Below, in pieces: positions 52,201 through 64,000 of a stretch of DNA of 64,000 bases; position 1 is the stretch's first letter; each line of letters starts with the position of its first letter. This DNA is from Cenococcum geophilum (taxonomy: Eukaryota). Location of the stretch: contig CP158635.1 of NCBI GenBank assembly GCA_050273025.1, positions 9,238,001 through 9,302,000 of the forward strand. The letters run 5' to 3'. The translations under genes and the position numbers were made by a program. The notes under the pieces were generated by a model. The model did not search any database, was not told the DNA's origin, and was given only the letters and a program-made list of their open reading frames with translations.

Positions 52201-54977
52201 AACTTAAATATCAAGTTTATGTTAAGAAGGTCCTAGAGAGGCTACGGAACACAGGCTTATAAGTTAATATTAAGAAATACAAGTTTGGGGTAAAACATAT
52301 AAAATACCTCGGGTTTATCATAACTATAAAAGGAATTAAGGTCGACCCTAAAAAGATAGAGGCAATCTATAACTAAAAGCCCCCTTATATAGTAAAAGGA
52401 ATCCAGTCCTTCCTTAGTTTTTATAATTTCTACCACTAGTTTATCCATAACTACGGAATTATAGTAAAACCTCTTATATAACTAACTAGGAAGGGTACGC
52501 CTTTCGTCTTTAATAATAGCTATATAGAGGCCTTTAAAGAGGTAAAGGATTGGCTTATCTCTTCCCTAATCCTTCATCACTATAACCTAGACCTTAAATT
52601 AATGCTAGAAACAGACGCCTCTAATAGGGTCGTAGTAGGAATCCTATTATAGTTATATCTAGACGGTAAATAGTACCCTATAGCTTTCTTCTTAAAGATA
52701 ATAGACCTAGCTAAGTGTAACTATAAAGTACACAATAAAGAAATGCTAGCTATTATTTAATTACTCTTTTAATGGCGCGCAGAGCTTAAAGGTATAAACT
52801 CCCGGATTAAGATATATACAGATTATAAAGCCCTAGAGTACTTTATAACTATAAAGCAGCTTATAGAGCGATAAGCCTAGTAGGCTAAAATACTCTTCTA
52901 ATTCTTCTTTATAATTATATATCGTTCTAGCAAGTAAAACTCTAAGGCTAATACCCTAACCCGAAGAGAATAAGATGTAGGACCCTAGGATAAGCTAAAG
53001 ACCTAATATCGGACGCGCGCCCTCCTCTATCCAGAACAGCTCGACCCGCGGATCCTTAAGGAGCTAGACTCCTAGTAAAACGAGCTAGCACCAATAGAGG
53101 AGTCCTTAGATAAGCTAATAGGGCTAATTAACCGCCTCCTAACTATAAACCGCACAGCTAATGCTCTAAGGGCCCTCCGCGAATAAGCCGCGAAAGGAGA
53201 CCCCAATTTTAAGATAAAGGAAGGATTACTCCTATACCAGGAGCGGCTTATAGTCCCTAATATTAACAATCTACGGACCAAACTAATCCGCGAAGCTTAT
53301 TACCAAGTCTCTATAGCACACCCTAGTAAGAACAAGACCCGTAAAATTATTAACTGCCGCTACTACTAGCCAAGAATGGTTGCGGATATCAATTAATATA
53401 TATAAAACTGCGAAGACTACTAAAGAGCTATAATCCCACGGAATAAGACCCTAAAACTACTTAAGCCACTCCTAATACTAGAGCGCCCTTAGCAGTATAT
53501 CTTTATAAACTTCTATAAACTACCTAGGGACCGTAACGGATACAATATAGTTATAGTTATAGTTAACCGCTTTAGTAAACGCCCGTTCTTAATTCCATAT
53601 CATAAGAACATTAATACTAAAGAGGCAGCCTAGCTATATATCTATTACGTCTACCAAATCTACGGACTACCAGATACTATTATATCCAATTATAGGCTAT
53701 AGTTTATATCGGCCTTCTAAAATAAGTTTACCTAAATCCTAGACATTAAGCTAAAGCTTTCTACGGCTTATTACCCCCAGACAGACAGTTAGACAGAGAT
53801 CGTAAATCAGTACCTAGACTAGAGGCTTAGGCCCTTTATTAACTATTTCCAGAATAACTGGTCTAAATTACTACCCTTAATAGACTACGCGCAAGCAACC
53901 CTACCCCATAACTCCACAGGGTTTGCCCCAATTTAGCTAGAAATGGGATACTTACCCCGTATAAGCTTTAACTAGAAAAGGCCAGAAGAACCCCAGACTA
54001 TACAAGAGAAGCTATCCTATGCTAAGGCCTAACAGTACGCCAAACAATTGAAGGAGGCCTAGATGGTAGCCTATAAAAACCTAGAAAAAGCTCAGAGGTT
54101 AATAGAACAGCAGGCGAATAAACACCGTCAAGAGCCCGATTTTGCCCCTAGCAATATAGTCTAGGTTATAATAAGGAATTAGAGGACCGAATAACCTAGC
54201 TATAAGCTAGACTACCAGATAGCAGGACCGTATAAGGTTCTTAAGAAGATAGGCAACTTATATAAGATAAAGCTCCCAGACTTAATTAGGGTTTACCCTA
54301 TCTTCTCGCCAGACAAGTTACGGAAAGCTGCAAACAACCTATTACCTAGACAAAAGAACAAGCCTCCCCTACCAGTTTAAGTAAACGGTAATAATAAATA
54401 GGAGGTTAATAAAATACTAGCCTATAAGATAGTACGGGGAGCGCTAAAATACCATATCTAATAAAAGGGCTACGATCCTAACCCAACCTAGTACCCTACG
54501 TGGAACTTTATAGGCTACCCCCAGAAGCTTAAAGAATTCTATAACTAATACCCTAATACGCCTGGACCCCTGAAGTACCTAGACAAATGGATGGAATGCT
54601 AGCATAATAAAGATAATAAGTTACTGGAAGAATATAGGGACAAAAACGCCCCAAAGCCCTAATACAGCTGTCTGCCAAATTCTGCCATATTCTACCATTT
54701 TCTACCAGTACCGTAAAATTTTAAATATCCAGGAACTTCGACCGCTGGTTAAAGTTATCTAATTAGTTAGATCCGTACCAAGACTTTTAACGGCTACTCT
54801 TTCTAGCCTAGTGCTTCCACTTAGCCCACAATCGCCCTTTATACTTAGTCAGGACGGACTCATATCCCCTTTATCTCCTCATCTTATATTTTTATAATCC
54901 TACATTTATAAGCCTAGTGCTACCCTATTTTTTCTAACTAAGCCTAAGGGCAGGCTTTTTTTCAAAGAGGGGGGTGA

Positions 54978-55188
54978 TGTAACGGCGCTATCGCACATTA
55001 CCTGCCAAATTCTGCCATATTCTACCGACCTGCGATTGGCCCGCCTAAAGCTAGCGCCTTGGCGGCTCACCCTACATATTTATTTACATCGGTCCTGGCG
55101 ACCCCTTTTCCTTCTCTTTAGCTTAGTATCTTCGTAATACAGCATTCGTTCAAGCTTCGGTTCAGAGGCATTTGTTTAAGTTGTGACA
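54978..55188 (+). repeat. 3' LTR of Gypsy B2
   Basis: Canonical TGTAAC...GTGACA termini; the least RIPed LTR copy. Confidence 0.95.
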
Positions 55189-58100
55189 CCTCTAGGACTA
55201 GGAGATAAGAGACCTAAGGAGGTTATTATCTACTGAAAAAACTAGGAAACCCCCCTATATAAAATGTTAAAGAATCCTTAGGCTACTAAGCCTAAAAAGC
55301 CTCCTAAAGACATTAATACAGAGACAAGTGATAACGAATTCACTTTCCCTTCCCCTCTTACTCCAGCCTATTTAGGATAGGAGAACCTTAGGCTACTAAG
55401 CCTTCTAGAGGTAAAGACACTATAGAGACAAGTAAGGATAAACTCTTAGCTATCTTACCTACCTTACCTACTTCACCTACCTTCTCTTCCTCTTCTTCCC
55501 CGCCCTCTCCCTGCCCATCTAGGGAGGACATAAAGAAAAAGAATAGAAGGAAAAGAAGGCAATCTTCTTCTAAAAATAGAAAAGAGAACCAAAACTAAAG
55601 AAGAAGGCTACTAATACCTAAGCCTATTTTGGCTAGTATACCTTTCTCTACCTCTTCTCTAAAACAGTACCTATAAATGGCTCTATATAACCTAAACCAG
55701 GCCTATATAGGGCTAAAAGAAGAAAAAGAAGAAAAAGAGCAAGTTAAATTACTAGGGGACTACGTACAGAGTGTCCTAGTAGGAGAAAATCCCTTTATAA
55801 AAGAAAAGGAAAGAAAGGAAAGAGATGTCCTAAAAGGACTAGTAGAAGAAGTAAGAGCTCTCTATAAGGAGGTAGCCCTAAAAACGTAAACCTATGCAGA
55901 GAAGCTAAAGAAGGGCCTCTCTTCTTCTACTTTTGCTCCTTCTTCTTCTACTACCTCTTCCTCTACTACCTTTTCCTCTCCCCCTCCCTCCTTATCTCCC
56001 CCTACTAGTTCTACTAGCTCTACCTCTACTAGAGGAAAAAAGAAGTAGTTATAAGAAAGGAGACTAGTCCTAGTTACAGACTAAAAGGACCAGCCTCTAG
56101 ATGTCTTCTCTCTACGAAATTAAGTCAATTAATTATTTATATCCAAACTGCAAATAGAGAAGCCAGTAATAGCTACCATAGCTAGAACTAGAGAAAAGCA
56201 GAATATTTTCCTTACAACTACAGAAGAATACGATGCAGAGTATTTAGTTAAATATAAGGAAATCTGGTCTAACTGCTTCTCTTTTAAAAGAGAATAAAAA
56301 CTAGAGCCCTAGGCTCAGGTAGTAGCTTATGGCGTCCCTATCTCCCCTTTCCTAGGAGAAGGAGGCTCTAAACTTCTAAAAGAAGAAATAGAGACTTTTA
56401 ATCCTATTAGAATATAGGGATTACCTAGATGGATCTTACCTAGGGAAAAGAGATATAATCCACAAACTAGGTTCGGCTCTATAGTCTTTGCTATAGAAAA
56501 TAAGGAGAAAAGACAGGAAATCTTTAAGTAGAAGGAAATCCTAATTGTAGGGGTAGCTGCTAAGGTAGTTAAATACCTAAAAGTCTCTCCTACTACACAG
56601 TGTATAAGTTGCTAAAAATTTGGCTATATAGGAGATAGATGCTCTACCAAGGCCTGTCGATTTTATGCAGCGGTATATTTATCTAAGGACCACTCCTGTT
56701 CTACTTGTAATATAATAGGAAGACCTTACGAGTATACTACCCCTCTTTGCAGCAATTGTAAAGAAAATCACTTTGCTAATAGCAAAGACTGCGAGTCTCT
56801 TAAAGCAGCTAAGCTAGTATATTAATGAGTATAAGCTTAGAAGGTTCTATATAGGAAGAAGAAGAGATCTCTCTAGTTTCTAAAACTAGGGGAGAAATCT
56901 CCTTTATACAATATAATGTAGGAAAAAGACAAGAAGTACAGCAAACCCTACTAGAAATAGGATTTAGGAAAAAAACAGATATTATTCTAGTATAAGAGCC
57001 TAGTACCTGGAAAGATAGACAAAAAAAATCCTACTTTTTTATTCCACATCCTACATTTAACCTAATCCTTTCCAGTAATCTAGCTATTTAACCTAGAGTA
57101 GCTATCTATATAAGGAAAACTACTTCCAGTATTCTATAATATAGAAATAGGGAGGATATCTGCAAAGATACAGATATTATAGTATTAGAAATCTATGGCC
57201 AACTTAAAAGATTTCTATTATTTAATATTTATAATAAGAGACAACTAGACGAAAACTCTAGAACCTAAAGAAGTAGTACAACTACTATCTCTAGGGCCAT
57301 TCTAGAACTGGAAATAGATCTCCCTTTTATACTAATAGGAGACTATAACCTATACCATAAACGGTGGAACGCGCTAGCTAGGAACCTAACTAGGGAGGCT
57401 AAAGAACTAGTAGACTGGCTAGACAAATATAACTGCTAACTACTAAATTTAGACAAATAGGAAGGGACCTTCTATAGATCTAATATAAGGGAAAAGTTTA
57501 TTATAGACCTAGCCTTCTATTCAGGAAACTTCTAAGAAAATACCTGGGATAACCGGACTATAATAAAAGAAACAGGATCTGATTATAAGACTATAGCATT
57601 CTCTCTATTTACTAGAGAGATGTAAAGATACCTAAACCCTCTTTAAGAAACTCCTTTCTCTATAAAAAAGGTAAACTAGGAGCTTTTCTCTACCTCTTTA
57701 AAAGAGCAAGTTCTAGAGCTAGAACTAAAAGCGAAACTTTTAGTACTAGAAAAACTAGTAGGAGAAAACCCCTATATAGAGATAGGAGAAAAAGGTTCCC
57801 TAGCCTCTCTAGAAGATTCCTATAGACCTAGGGATAGAAGCTTAAGTACACTAGTAGATAATCTAGTAATAGATCTTACTAGAGGTATAAAGCTAGTAGT
57901 AGAGAAAGCTATCCCTAGATCTAGAACCTACGAATTCTCTAAACTATGGTGGAATAAAGAGCTTCTAAAGAAAAGACAAAAATGGCAAAACTAGGAAGAC
58001 TTCAAGAAGAATAACCTACTAGGAGTTCTAGACTAGAAGCCTATAAAGAAGCTAAAAATCAATACTTCTACGCAATAAGAGAAGCCAAGACTAGCTGCTG

Positions 58101-60410
58101 GAATAGCTTCCTAGAAAAAGCATAAGAAAAGGAAGTCTTTACTGCCCTAAAATATATAAAGGAGAGAACATTGCGAATAATCCCTAGTCTATAGTATAGC
58201 AAAGACGGGACTACTAGACTAGTAAAAAGCTTTAAGGACTAGTACAAAGCTTTTACAACTACTCTATTCCCTAAACCCCCCCCCTCTACTAGCCCTATAG
58301 AGTGGAAGGATTATATAATAGACAATAAATGGGAATGGCTAGAACTAGAGAAAACAGAAGTTAAATAAGCAATTTTCTCTAGCTCTAATAAAAAGGCTCT
58401 AGGACTAGATGGGATATCTTTTAAAATTTTATAAAAGGCCTACCCTACTATAGAAGATCTTCTATATAGAATCTATAGGATTTTGTTTATCTTAGGCTAT
58501 TAGCCAAAGGTCTGGAGAGAAGCTTGAGGAGTTATTCTCCCTAAAGCAAATAAGGAGGACTATTCTTTACCAAAGTCCTATAGACCTATCTCCTTACTAA
58601 ACTGCCTAGGAAAGACTTTAGAAAAGATCTTTACTACTAGATTAGGATATCTAGCTAGTACTACTAGCTTACTTCAAGATTCTCAACTAGGAGGAAGAAG
58701 ATAGCGGTCTGCAATAGACGCAGTCTTATTACTTCTAAATAATATCCAATCTAAAAATAGTAGGAAAAAAGCTAGACAAAGGATAGCCACTATGTTATTC
58801 CTAGACGTAAGAGGGGCTTTTAACTATATCTCTAAAAACCAGCTTTTATCTATCTATAAGGAACTAGGACTACCTATAGCGTTTACATAATGGGTAGCTA
58901 CTTTCCTTAGCAATAGAAAGCTATAGCTCTCCTTTAATAGGCAAATATAAGAAAAAGTAGAACTAGAAACAGGGATACCATAGGGATCGCCTATATCCCC
59001 TATCTTATTTCTACTATATATACGCAATATCTGCAGCATATAAATAGAAGGAGCCTACTCTCTTAGCTATATGGACGATTTTGCAATTATAATTACCTTA
59101 AATTCAGCTAAGTCTAATTGTAAAAAGCTAGAGAGAATAGCGCTAGAGCTAATGTCTAAGGCTAAGGAAGCTGCTATTAGTTTCGACGTTAGCAAAACAG
59201 AGCTTATATACTTCTATAGTAAACGCACTACTATAGAAGAAGGGTTAAAGCTAGGAGACGTAGAAATATCTCCTAAACCCCTAGTTAGGTGGTTAGGGGT
59301 ATTTCTAAACTCTAAGCTTACTTTTAAACAATATATAGAAATACAAATCTCTAAAGCAAAAACAGCCTTCTATTTAATTAGAAGACTAGGTAATATATAA
59401 AGAGGTCTATCTCTATAAGCCCTACGACAGCTCTATATAGCTTGCGTCACCACTATAGCAGACTACGGTGTATAATGCTGGTGGAAAAGCAAATCTAGAG
59501 ACTACCTATTAGATAGGTACCAATCTCTACAAAATAAGGCCCTAAAACTAGTTCTAGAGATACTAGAATAGTGGAAAAACAACTAGCAGCAGAATAAGAA
59601 TAAAGGAAAACACTATACTAGGATCTGTAAAGGAAGCCATTTCTTTTCTCTTAAAGCCCCTAAGGATAAATATCCTAAAAGGCTATAATTGGCTTTCTTC
59701 CAGCTAAAGCTAGGAAAAGGCTATTTTAAATCCTTTACTAAAGTAATAGGAGAGGATAAAGAAGGTAGATGCTTTAGGGAATGTAGAGCACTACAAACCC
59801 CTAGACATTTACTACTAGACTGCAACCTATATAAGGAAGAAAGAAGAGAAATACGAAAGAAACTAGGCTCTTCTCTCTCTCTAAAGAAGCTATTTTGTAC
59901 ACAAAAAGGAAAAGAGGCGCTTTTTCTATTTCTAAGTAGGACAGGGATAGCTACTAGAAAGTAGCTAATAACAGCAGGATCTATAGGAGGTAACTCCTAC
60001 TAGGCTCCTAGAAAAGAGATATTAGTAAGCAAAAGGACAGAAATAAATTACAAAAGGACAGGGAAAGGCGTTAGGATTTCTTATTTCTTATAGTTTTCTA
60101 CCGTTTTCTCATTCCCTAGTAGTTGCTTGTAACTTAGTATTTTACTAAGGAACTGTAAACCCCTAGTTTAGGGGCTTATAAACTACTAGGACATAGTTAC
60201 TAGTACATGTTAAGCTGCCCTAAGGGATTTATATATATAGGACTATAGCGCCATAGCCTAGAGGCTGCATGCGTAGTATTGTACGTAGTATAATACAATG
60301 GATAAAAAAAATCCTATTTAACTCTAGGTAATAAAAACTAGTCAATACTAATAGAGGAGTAAGATATTAATTAGAGGCTTAAACTAAGTAGAATAAAGAG
60401 GATCTAAAAC

Positions 60411-61516
60411 TTAATAAAATTAGCTAGCAACTACAATAATAGTATAAATTGCCATAATAAGAACGCCTTTAAGCCAGTCTATTTTAGTATTAGTTATAAT
60501 AGATTACCTATATAAAAAGGAAAACTTACTAGATTTACTATTCTAGATAAGATAATTTACTAAGAGCACGGCAATAAACAAAACAGTAATTAGAAAAGTA
60601 TTAAAATAAAGCGTTATATAATTCTAGCCTATAATTTAACTAAGTATAATAATAAATAGGAGAACTAGAAGAGCGATTTATATACTAGATCCAATAGTAA
60701 TATTAATTACTAGATTTATTTTATCCTTATAAGCTACTATAACCACTATTATATACTCGGCAGCGTTCCTAATAATTAGGAGTAGGATAAGGCTAATAAA
60801 AGTAGTAGAGATAGTGCCGCTTGCCGTAATATTACTAATACTATTAACTATACACTTAAAACAAAAGGCGGCTAACGCAGTAAAGATTCTAAGGGTTATA
60901 ATTGCACCCTAGATCATTAATTAGGGCTCCTTAATCTTATTATCTTCCTTTTCTACGTTTAAATCCTACATAGGCTATTCTTGGTTTACTCCACCTCTAG
61001 ATATAGCCAACGCTCCAGCGCTAATCTATATAATACTATAAAGAGGTATACCCTACTTATAGGAGGACCTATACTTAGGAGCCCTTTAGCTTAGAGTATT
61101 ATACATTTTAGTATATAACTTTAATTAAAATATAAGGTAGCAAACGTATATAATTAAAAGGATAATAGCTATTCCATAGGAAAGCTCTAGATTAAGTATA
61201 GAGCTATTAGGGCTCGTAGCTGCGTAGGTTAATACCTATTATAGGTCTAAAGCTATTATTAAACTTACTTAATAGCGTAGAGTGGAAGGCGGTTAAAATA
61301 ATTAAACTACTAACGCATAGAGCTAGAAGACCGGCCGCAGTACCTGCTACTATTATATTAAAATGTTATTCCACCCAGTTAATACCTCTAAAAAAGAAGT
61401 ATATGCTAAGAATAAAGAGTAAGTTTAAAAGCATACTACTAATTAAGGAAGTTTTAACAATAGTAATCTAGCCCTTAGTTAGGGCTAAGATAGAGACAAT
61501 TAATTTAATAGCGTTT
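60411..61516 (-). pseudogene. VCX1: Vacuolar Ca2+/H+ exchanger (CAX family), RIP-inactivated, N-terminal exon(s) not found
   Basis: The minus strand de-RIP reads NA(VE)LIVSILAL...IVKTSLI(G)SML(S)NLL..L(GMC)FF.GIN(R)VE(Q)HFN, ELS(R)G(T)AIILL..Y..YL.F(Q)LK(SH), FI(G)LILL(P)I(VG)NAAE(H) (60753-60770), KDK(MD)L....IGSS(MQ)IAL.VL(P) and WL(E)GVL. Both CAX alpha-repeat signatures are present. Confidence 0.88.
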
Positions 61517-61637
61517 TTACGCTAACATCAGGAAATTTTTTTTGGGGCTCATTGTTGCGGTTTGCGGCAGGTGGATATAGTTAATAGCAATTTGCGTAAA
61601 ACGAACGTTTTATAACAAAATCGCAGCACCTAATAGC

Positions 61638-61815
61638 AAATTGCGGTAAAATACTACCCCTATAAATAAATTGCAGTAAAACGCTACCCTATAAATAAAT
61701 AGCGCGCAAACTATACAAATTATAAAAACTGTACGAATTATACGAATTGTAAAAACTGTATAAATTGTATAAATTGTAAAAACTGTACAAATTGCAACTA
61801 TATAAATTATAATTA
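61638..61815. repeat. Short tandem repeats (a ~30-bp duplication, then 9-bp TTGTACGAA-like units)
   Basis: AAATTGC(G/A)GTAAAA..CTACCCTATAAAT occurs twice, followed by repeated (C/T)TGTA(C/T/A)(G/A)AA. Confidence 0.75.
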
Positions 61816-61959
61816 TATTATATAATAACCAAATTATTATATATTTCCATAGATTTCTGTAGTATACTTTTAAATATATTTATATTATAACTATATAAAA
61901 TATAGAGCTATCTACTTTAGGCGTTAAGGGGGAAGCCTCTCGCAAAGGCTCTAAATCGT

Positions 61960-62238
61960 CTACCTACCTACCTGCCTGCCTACCTGCCTACCTACCTACC
62001 TACCTACCTGCCTACCTGCCTACCTGCCTGCCTGCCTACCTACCTACCTACCTGCCTACCTACCTGTCTACCTACCTACCTACCTACCTGCCTACCTGCC
62101 TACCTGCCTACCTGCCTACCTACTTACCTACCTACCTGTCTGTCCGTCCGTCTATACCTACCCATCTATGCCTACCTATCTATGCCTACCTGTCTATGCC
62201 TACCTGTTTGTGCCTACCTGTTTGTGCCTACCTGTCTA
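61960..62238. repeat. (CCTA/CCTG)n microsatellite grading into 12-bp TGCCTACCTGTC-like units
   Basis: Seen directly in the sequence. Confidence 0.95.
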
Positions 62239-62309
62239 TATCACCTTAATTCGATTAATCGATCGAATTGTTTATCGTGTTCGCTGGCTAGTCGTTCAAA
62301 CGGTTGTCG

Positions 62310-62820
62310 TGTGGCTCTAGCGACGGTTATATAGCAATAACGACGGTCATCTGGCTCTAACGGTCGTCTAGCTCTGGCGACGGTTATCTAGCTCTAACGA
62401 CGGTCGTCTAGCTCTGACGGTCGTCTAGCTCTAGCGACGGTCATCTAGCTCTAACGACGGTCGTCTGGCTCTGACGGTTATCTAGCTCTGGCGACGGTCA
62501 TCTGGCTCCGGCGACGGTCGTCCAGCTCTAACGACGGTCGTCTAGCTCTGACGACGGTCGTCTAGCTCTGACGACGGTCGTCTAGCTCTAGCGACGGTCA
62601 TCTGGCTCTGGCGACGGTCGTCTAGCTCTAACGACGGTCATCTAGCTCCGGCGACGGTCGTCTAGCTCTGGCGACGGTCGTCTAGCTCTAACGACGGTTA
62701 TCTGGCTCCGGCGACGGTCGTCTAGCTCTGACAACGGTCGTCTGGCTTTAACGGTCGTCTAGCTCTAGCGACGGTTATCTAGCTCCGGCAATAGTCGTCT
62801 GGCTTCAGTAACGGTCGTTT
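62310..62820. repeat. Minisatellite, 20-bp unit CTAGCTCTGGCGACGGTCGT with 17-bp variants, roughly 25 copies
   Basis: Seen directly; the variants are mostly C/T and G/A transitions. Confidence 0.95.
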
Positions 62821-62836
62821 ACTAGCTGTCATTCTG

Positions 62837-62944
62837 GTGTCTTCCTAGGTAGGATATAAAGAAGGGTAAAAAATAAGGTAGCTACCTAGGTATCTTCCTA
62901 GGTAGGATATAAGGAAGGGTAAAAAATAAGGTGGCTACCTAGGT
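62837..62944. repeat. ~54-bp tandem duplication
   Basis: TCTTCCTAGGTAGGATATAA(A/G)GAAGGGTAAAAAATAAGGT(A/G)GCTACCTAGG occurs twice. Confidence 0.9.
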
Positions 62945-63035
62945 GTATATAAGGGGTATACTTAGCAGAGGTACGTGTTGAGGCTATTGGGAATATAGCG
63001 GGGACCTAATAGTAGTATATCGCGCGCATACACAA

Positions 63036-63871
63036 AGGCTTTATGTAGAGCTTCGTATAAAGCCTCCGTACGCAGAGCTTCGCGCAGAGCCTTGTGTAGA
63101 GCTTTGTGTAGAGCTTCGTGCAGAGCCTCGTGCAGAGCCTTTATATGCAGAGCTTTGTGTAGAGCCTTATATAGAGCCTCGTGCAAAGCTTCGTGTAGAG
63201 CTTTGTGTAGAGCTTCGTATAGAGCTTCGTGCAAAGCTTCGTGTAGAGCTTTGTGTAGAGCTTCGTATAGAGCTTCGTGCAAAGCTTTATACAGAGCTTC
63301 GTACAGAGCTTTGTGTAAAGCCTTGTGCAGAGCTTCTATATATAGAGCTTTATATAGAGCCTCGTGTAGAGCCTTATGTAAAGCTTCGTGCAAAGCTTTG
63401 TGTAGAGCATTATGCAGAGCTTTGTATAGAGCTTCGTGTAGAGCTTTATGCAGAGCTTCGTGCAGAGCTTCGCGTAGAGCTTTATATAGAGCTTCGTGCA
63501 GAGCTTTATATAGAGCCTTATACAGAGCCTTAGTACGTAGAGCTTTGTATAGAGCCCGTAGAGCCTTATATAAAGCTTTATATAGAGCTTCGTGCAGAGC
63601 CTCGTGCAGAGCCTCTATATATAGAGCTTTATATAGAGCCTTGTGTAGAGCCTCGTGTAAAGCTTTGTATAGAGCTTCGTATAGAGCTTCGTGTAGAGCT
63701 TCGTGTAAAGCTTTATATAGAGCTTTGTGCAGAGCTTTGTATAGAGCTTTATATAGAGCCTCGTATAAAGCCTCGTGCAAAGCTTTATATAAAGCTTCGT
63801 ATAGAGCTTTATATAGAGCTTTATATAAAGCCTCTGTATATAGAGCTTTGTATAGAGCATCGTGCAAAGCT
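63036..63871. repeat. Minisatellite, 12-bp unit GTGCAGAGCTTC, roughly 65-70 copies
   Basis: Seen directly. It generates the low-complexity ORFs on both strands. Confidence 0.95.
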
Positions 63872-64000
63872 CAGTGATCTATTTGGATTGGATCCTTTTT
63901 GGCGTGGATGGTTGGAGCCGACTTGCATTGGCTGTGGATCTGCTGATTTTACTAGTGGCGCGGAGTGGATCTTAAGGCTTCGGAGCTCCAAGAGCGCCAG

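Larger units (their letters stand above)
49017..55188 (+). mobile_element. Gypsy/chromovirus element B, copy 2 (full length, uninterrupted, 6172 bp, RIP-degenerate)
   Basis: 211-bp LTRs at 49017-49227 and 54978-55188; 5-bp TSD CCTCT at 49012-49016 and 55189-55193. gag ATG ~49455-49460; intact knuckle CFNC...GH....CP ~50479-50523; RT YLDDIL ~52167-52184; chromodomain ~54395-54550; PPT AAAGAGGGGGG. Confidence 0.96.
48416..60306 (+). mobile_element. LINE family D, copy 2 (5' end intact, RNase H region deleted), interrupted by Gypsy B2
   Basis: 14-bp TSD AAAAATCCTATTTA at 48402-48415 and 60307-60320. The 5' end CCGCACATACAACC matches D1. RT YMDDF at 59068-59082 (ORF 59071-59400); C-terminal CFREC..LQTPRHLLLDC (ORF 59689-59964). 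Confidence 0.93.

Noticed and set aside
62310..62820. CRISPR-like array
   Set aside because: Head-to-tail 17-20-bp units with no unique spacers, in a eukaryotic context with no cas genes.
62962..63877. Long ORFs of 301, 261 and 81 aa (EALH/RASC repeats)
   Set aside because: They are translations of a 12-bp minisatellite that is open on both strands. The GAA-GCT-CTG-CAC frame cannot gain stops by C->T/G->A changes, so staying open is not evidence of selection.

Overview
Fungal (filamentous ascomycete-type) AT-rich DNA heavily mutated by repeat-induced point mutation (RIP; CpA->TpA/TpG->TpA, with Gln/Trp/Arg codons turned into stops). I found no intact protein-coding gene, and the supplied ORFs are TE remnants or artefacts. 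Reading through the RIP changes shows a nested pile of transposons: one Ty1/Copia 5' end; five chromodomain-bearing Ty3/Gypsy lineages (A, B in two copies, C, E, F); two LINE families (a Tad1-like copy and four copies or fragments of an RNase H-bearing family D); and a Plavaka-type DNA transposase. Many insertions have resolvable target-site duplications. From about 44.4 kb there is a RIP-inactivated DUF3435 tyrosine-recombinase (Starship 'captain') gene. It is followed by a ferric-reductase fragment and, across an 11.9-kb LINE+Gypsy insertion, a RIPed vacuolar Ca2+/H+ exchanger (VCX1/CAX), consistent with a derelict Starship carrying cargo. The window ends in a stack of different tandem repeats. 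Non-coding signals stand out: a ~49-nt palindromic motif conserved in the 3' UTR of three different Gypsy families, Tf1-type self-priming PBSs with covarying partners, and -1 frameshift cassettes at the gag/pol junctions. All protein assignments come from manual translation with de-RIP reasoning, not database searches.
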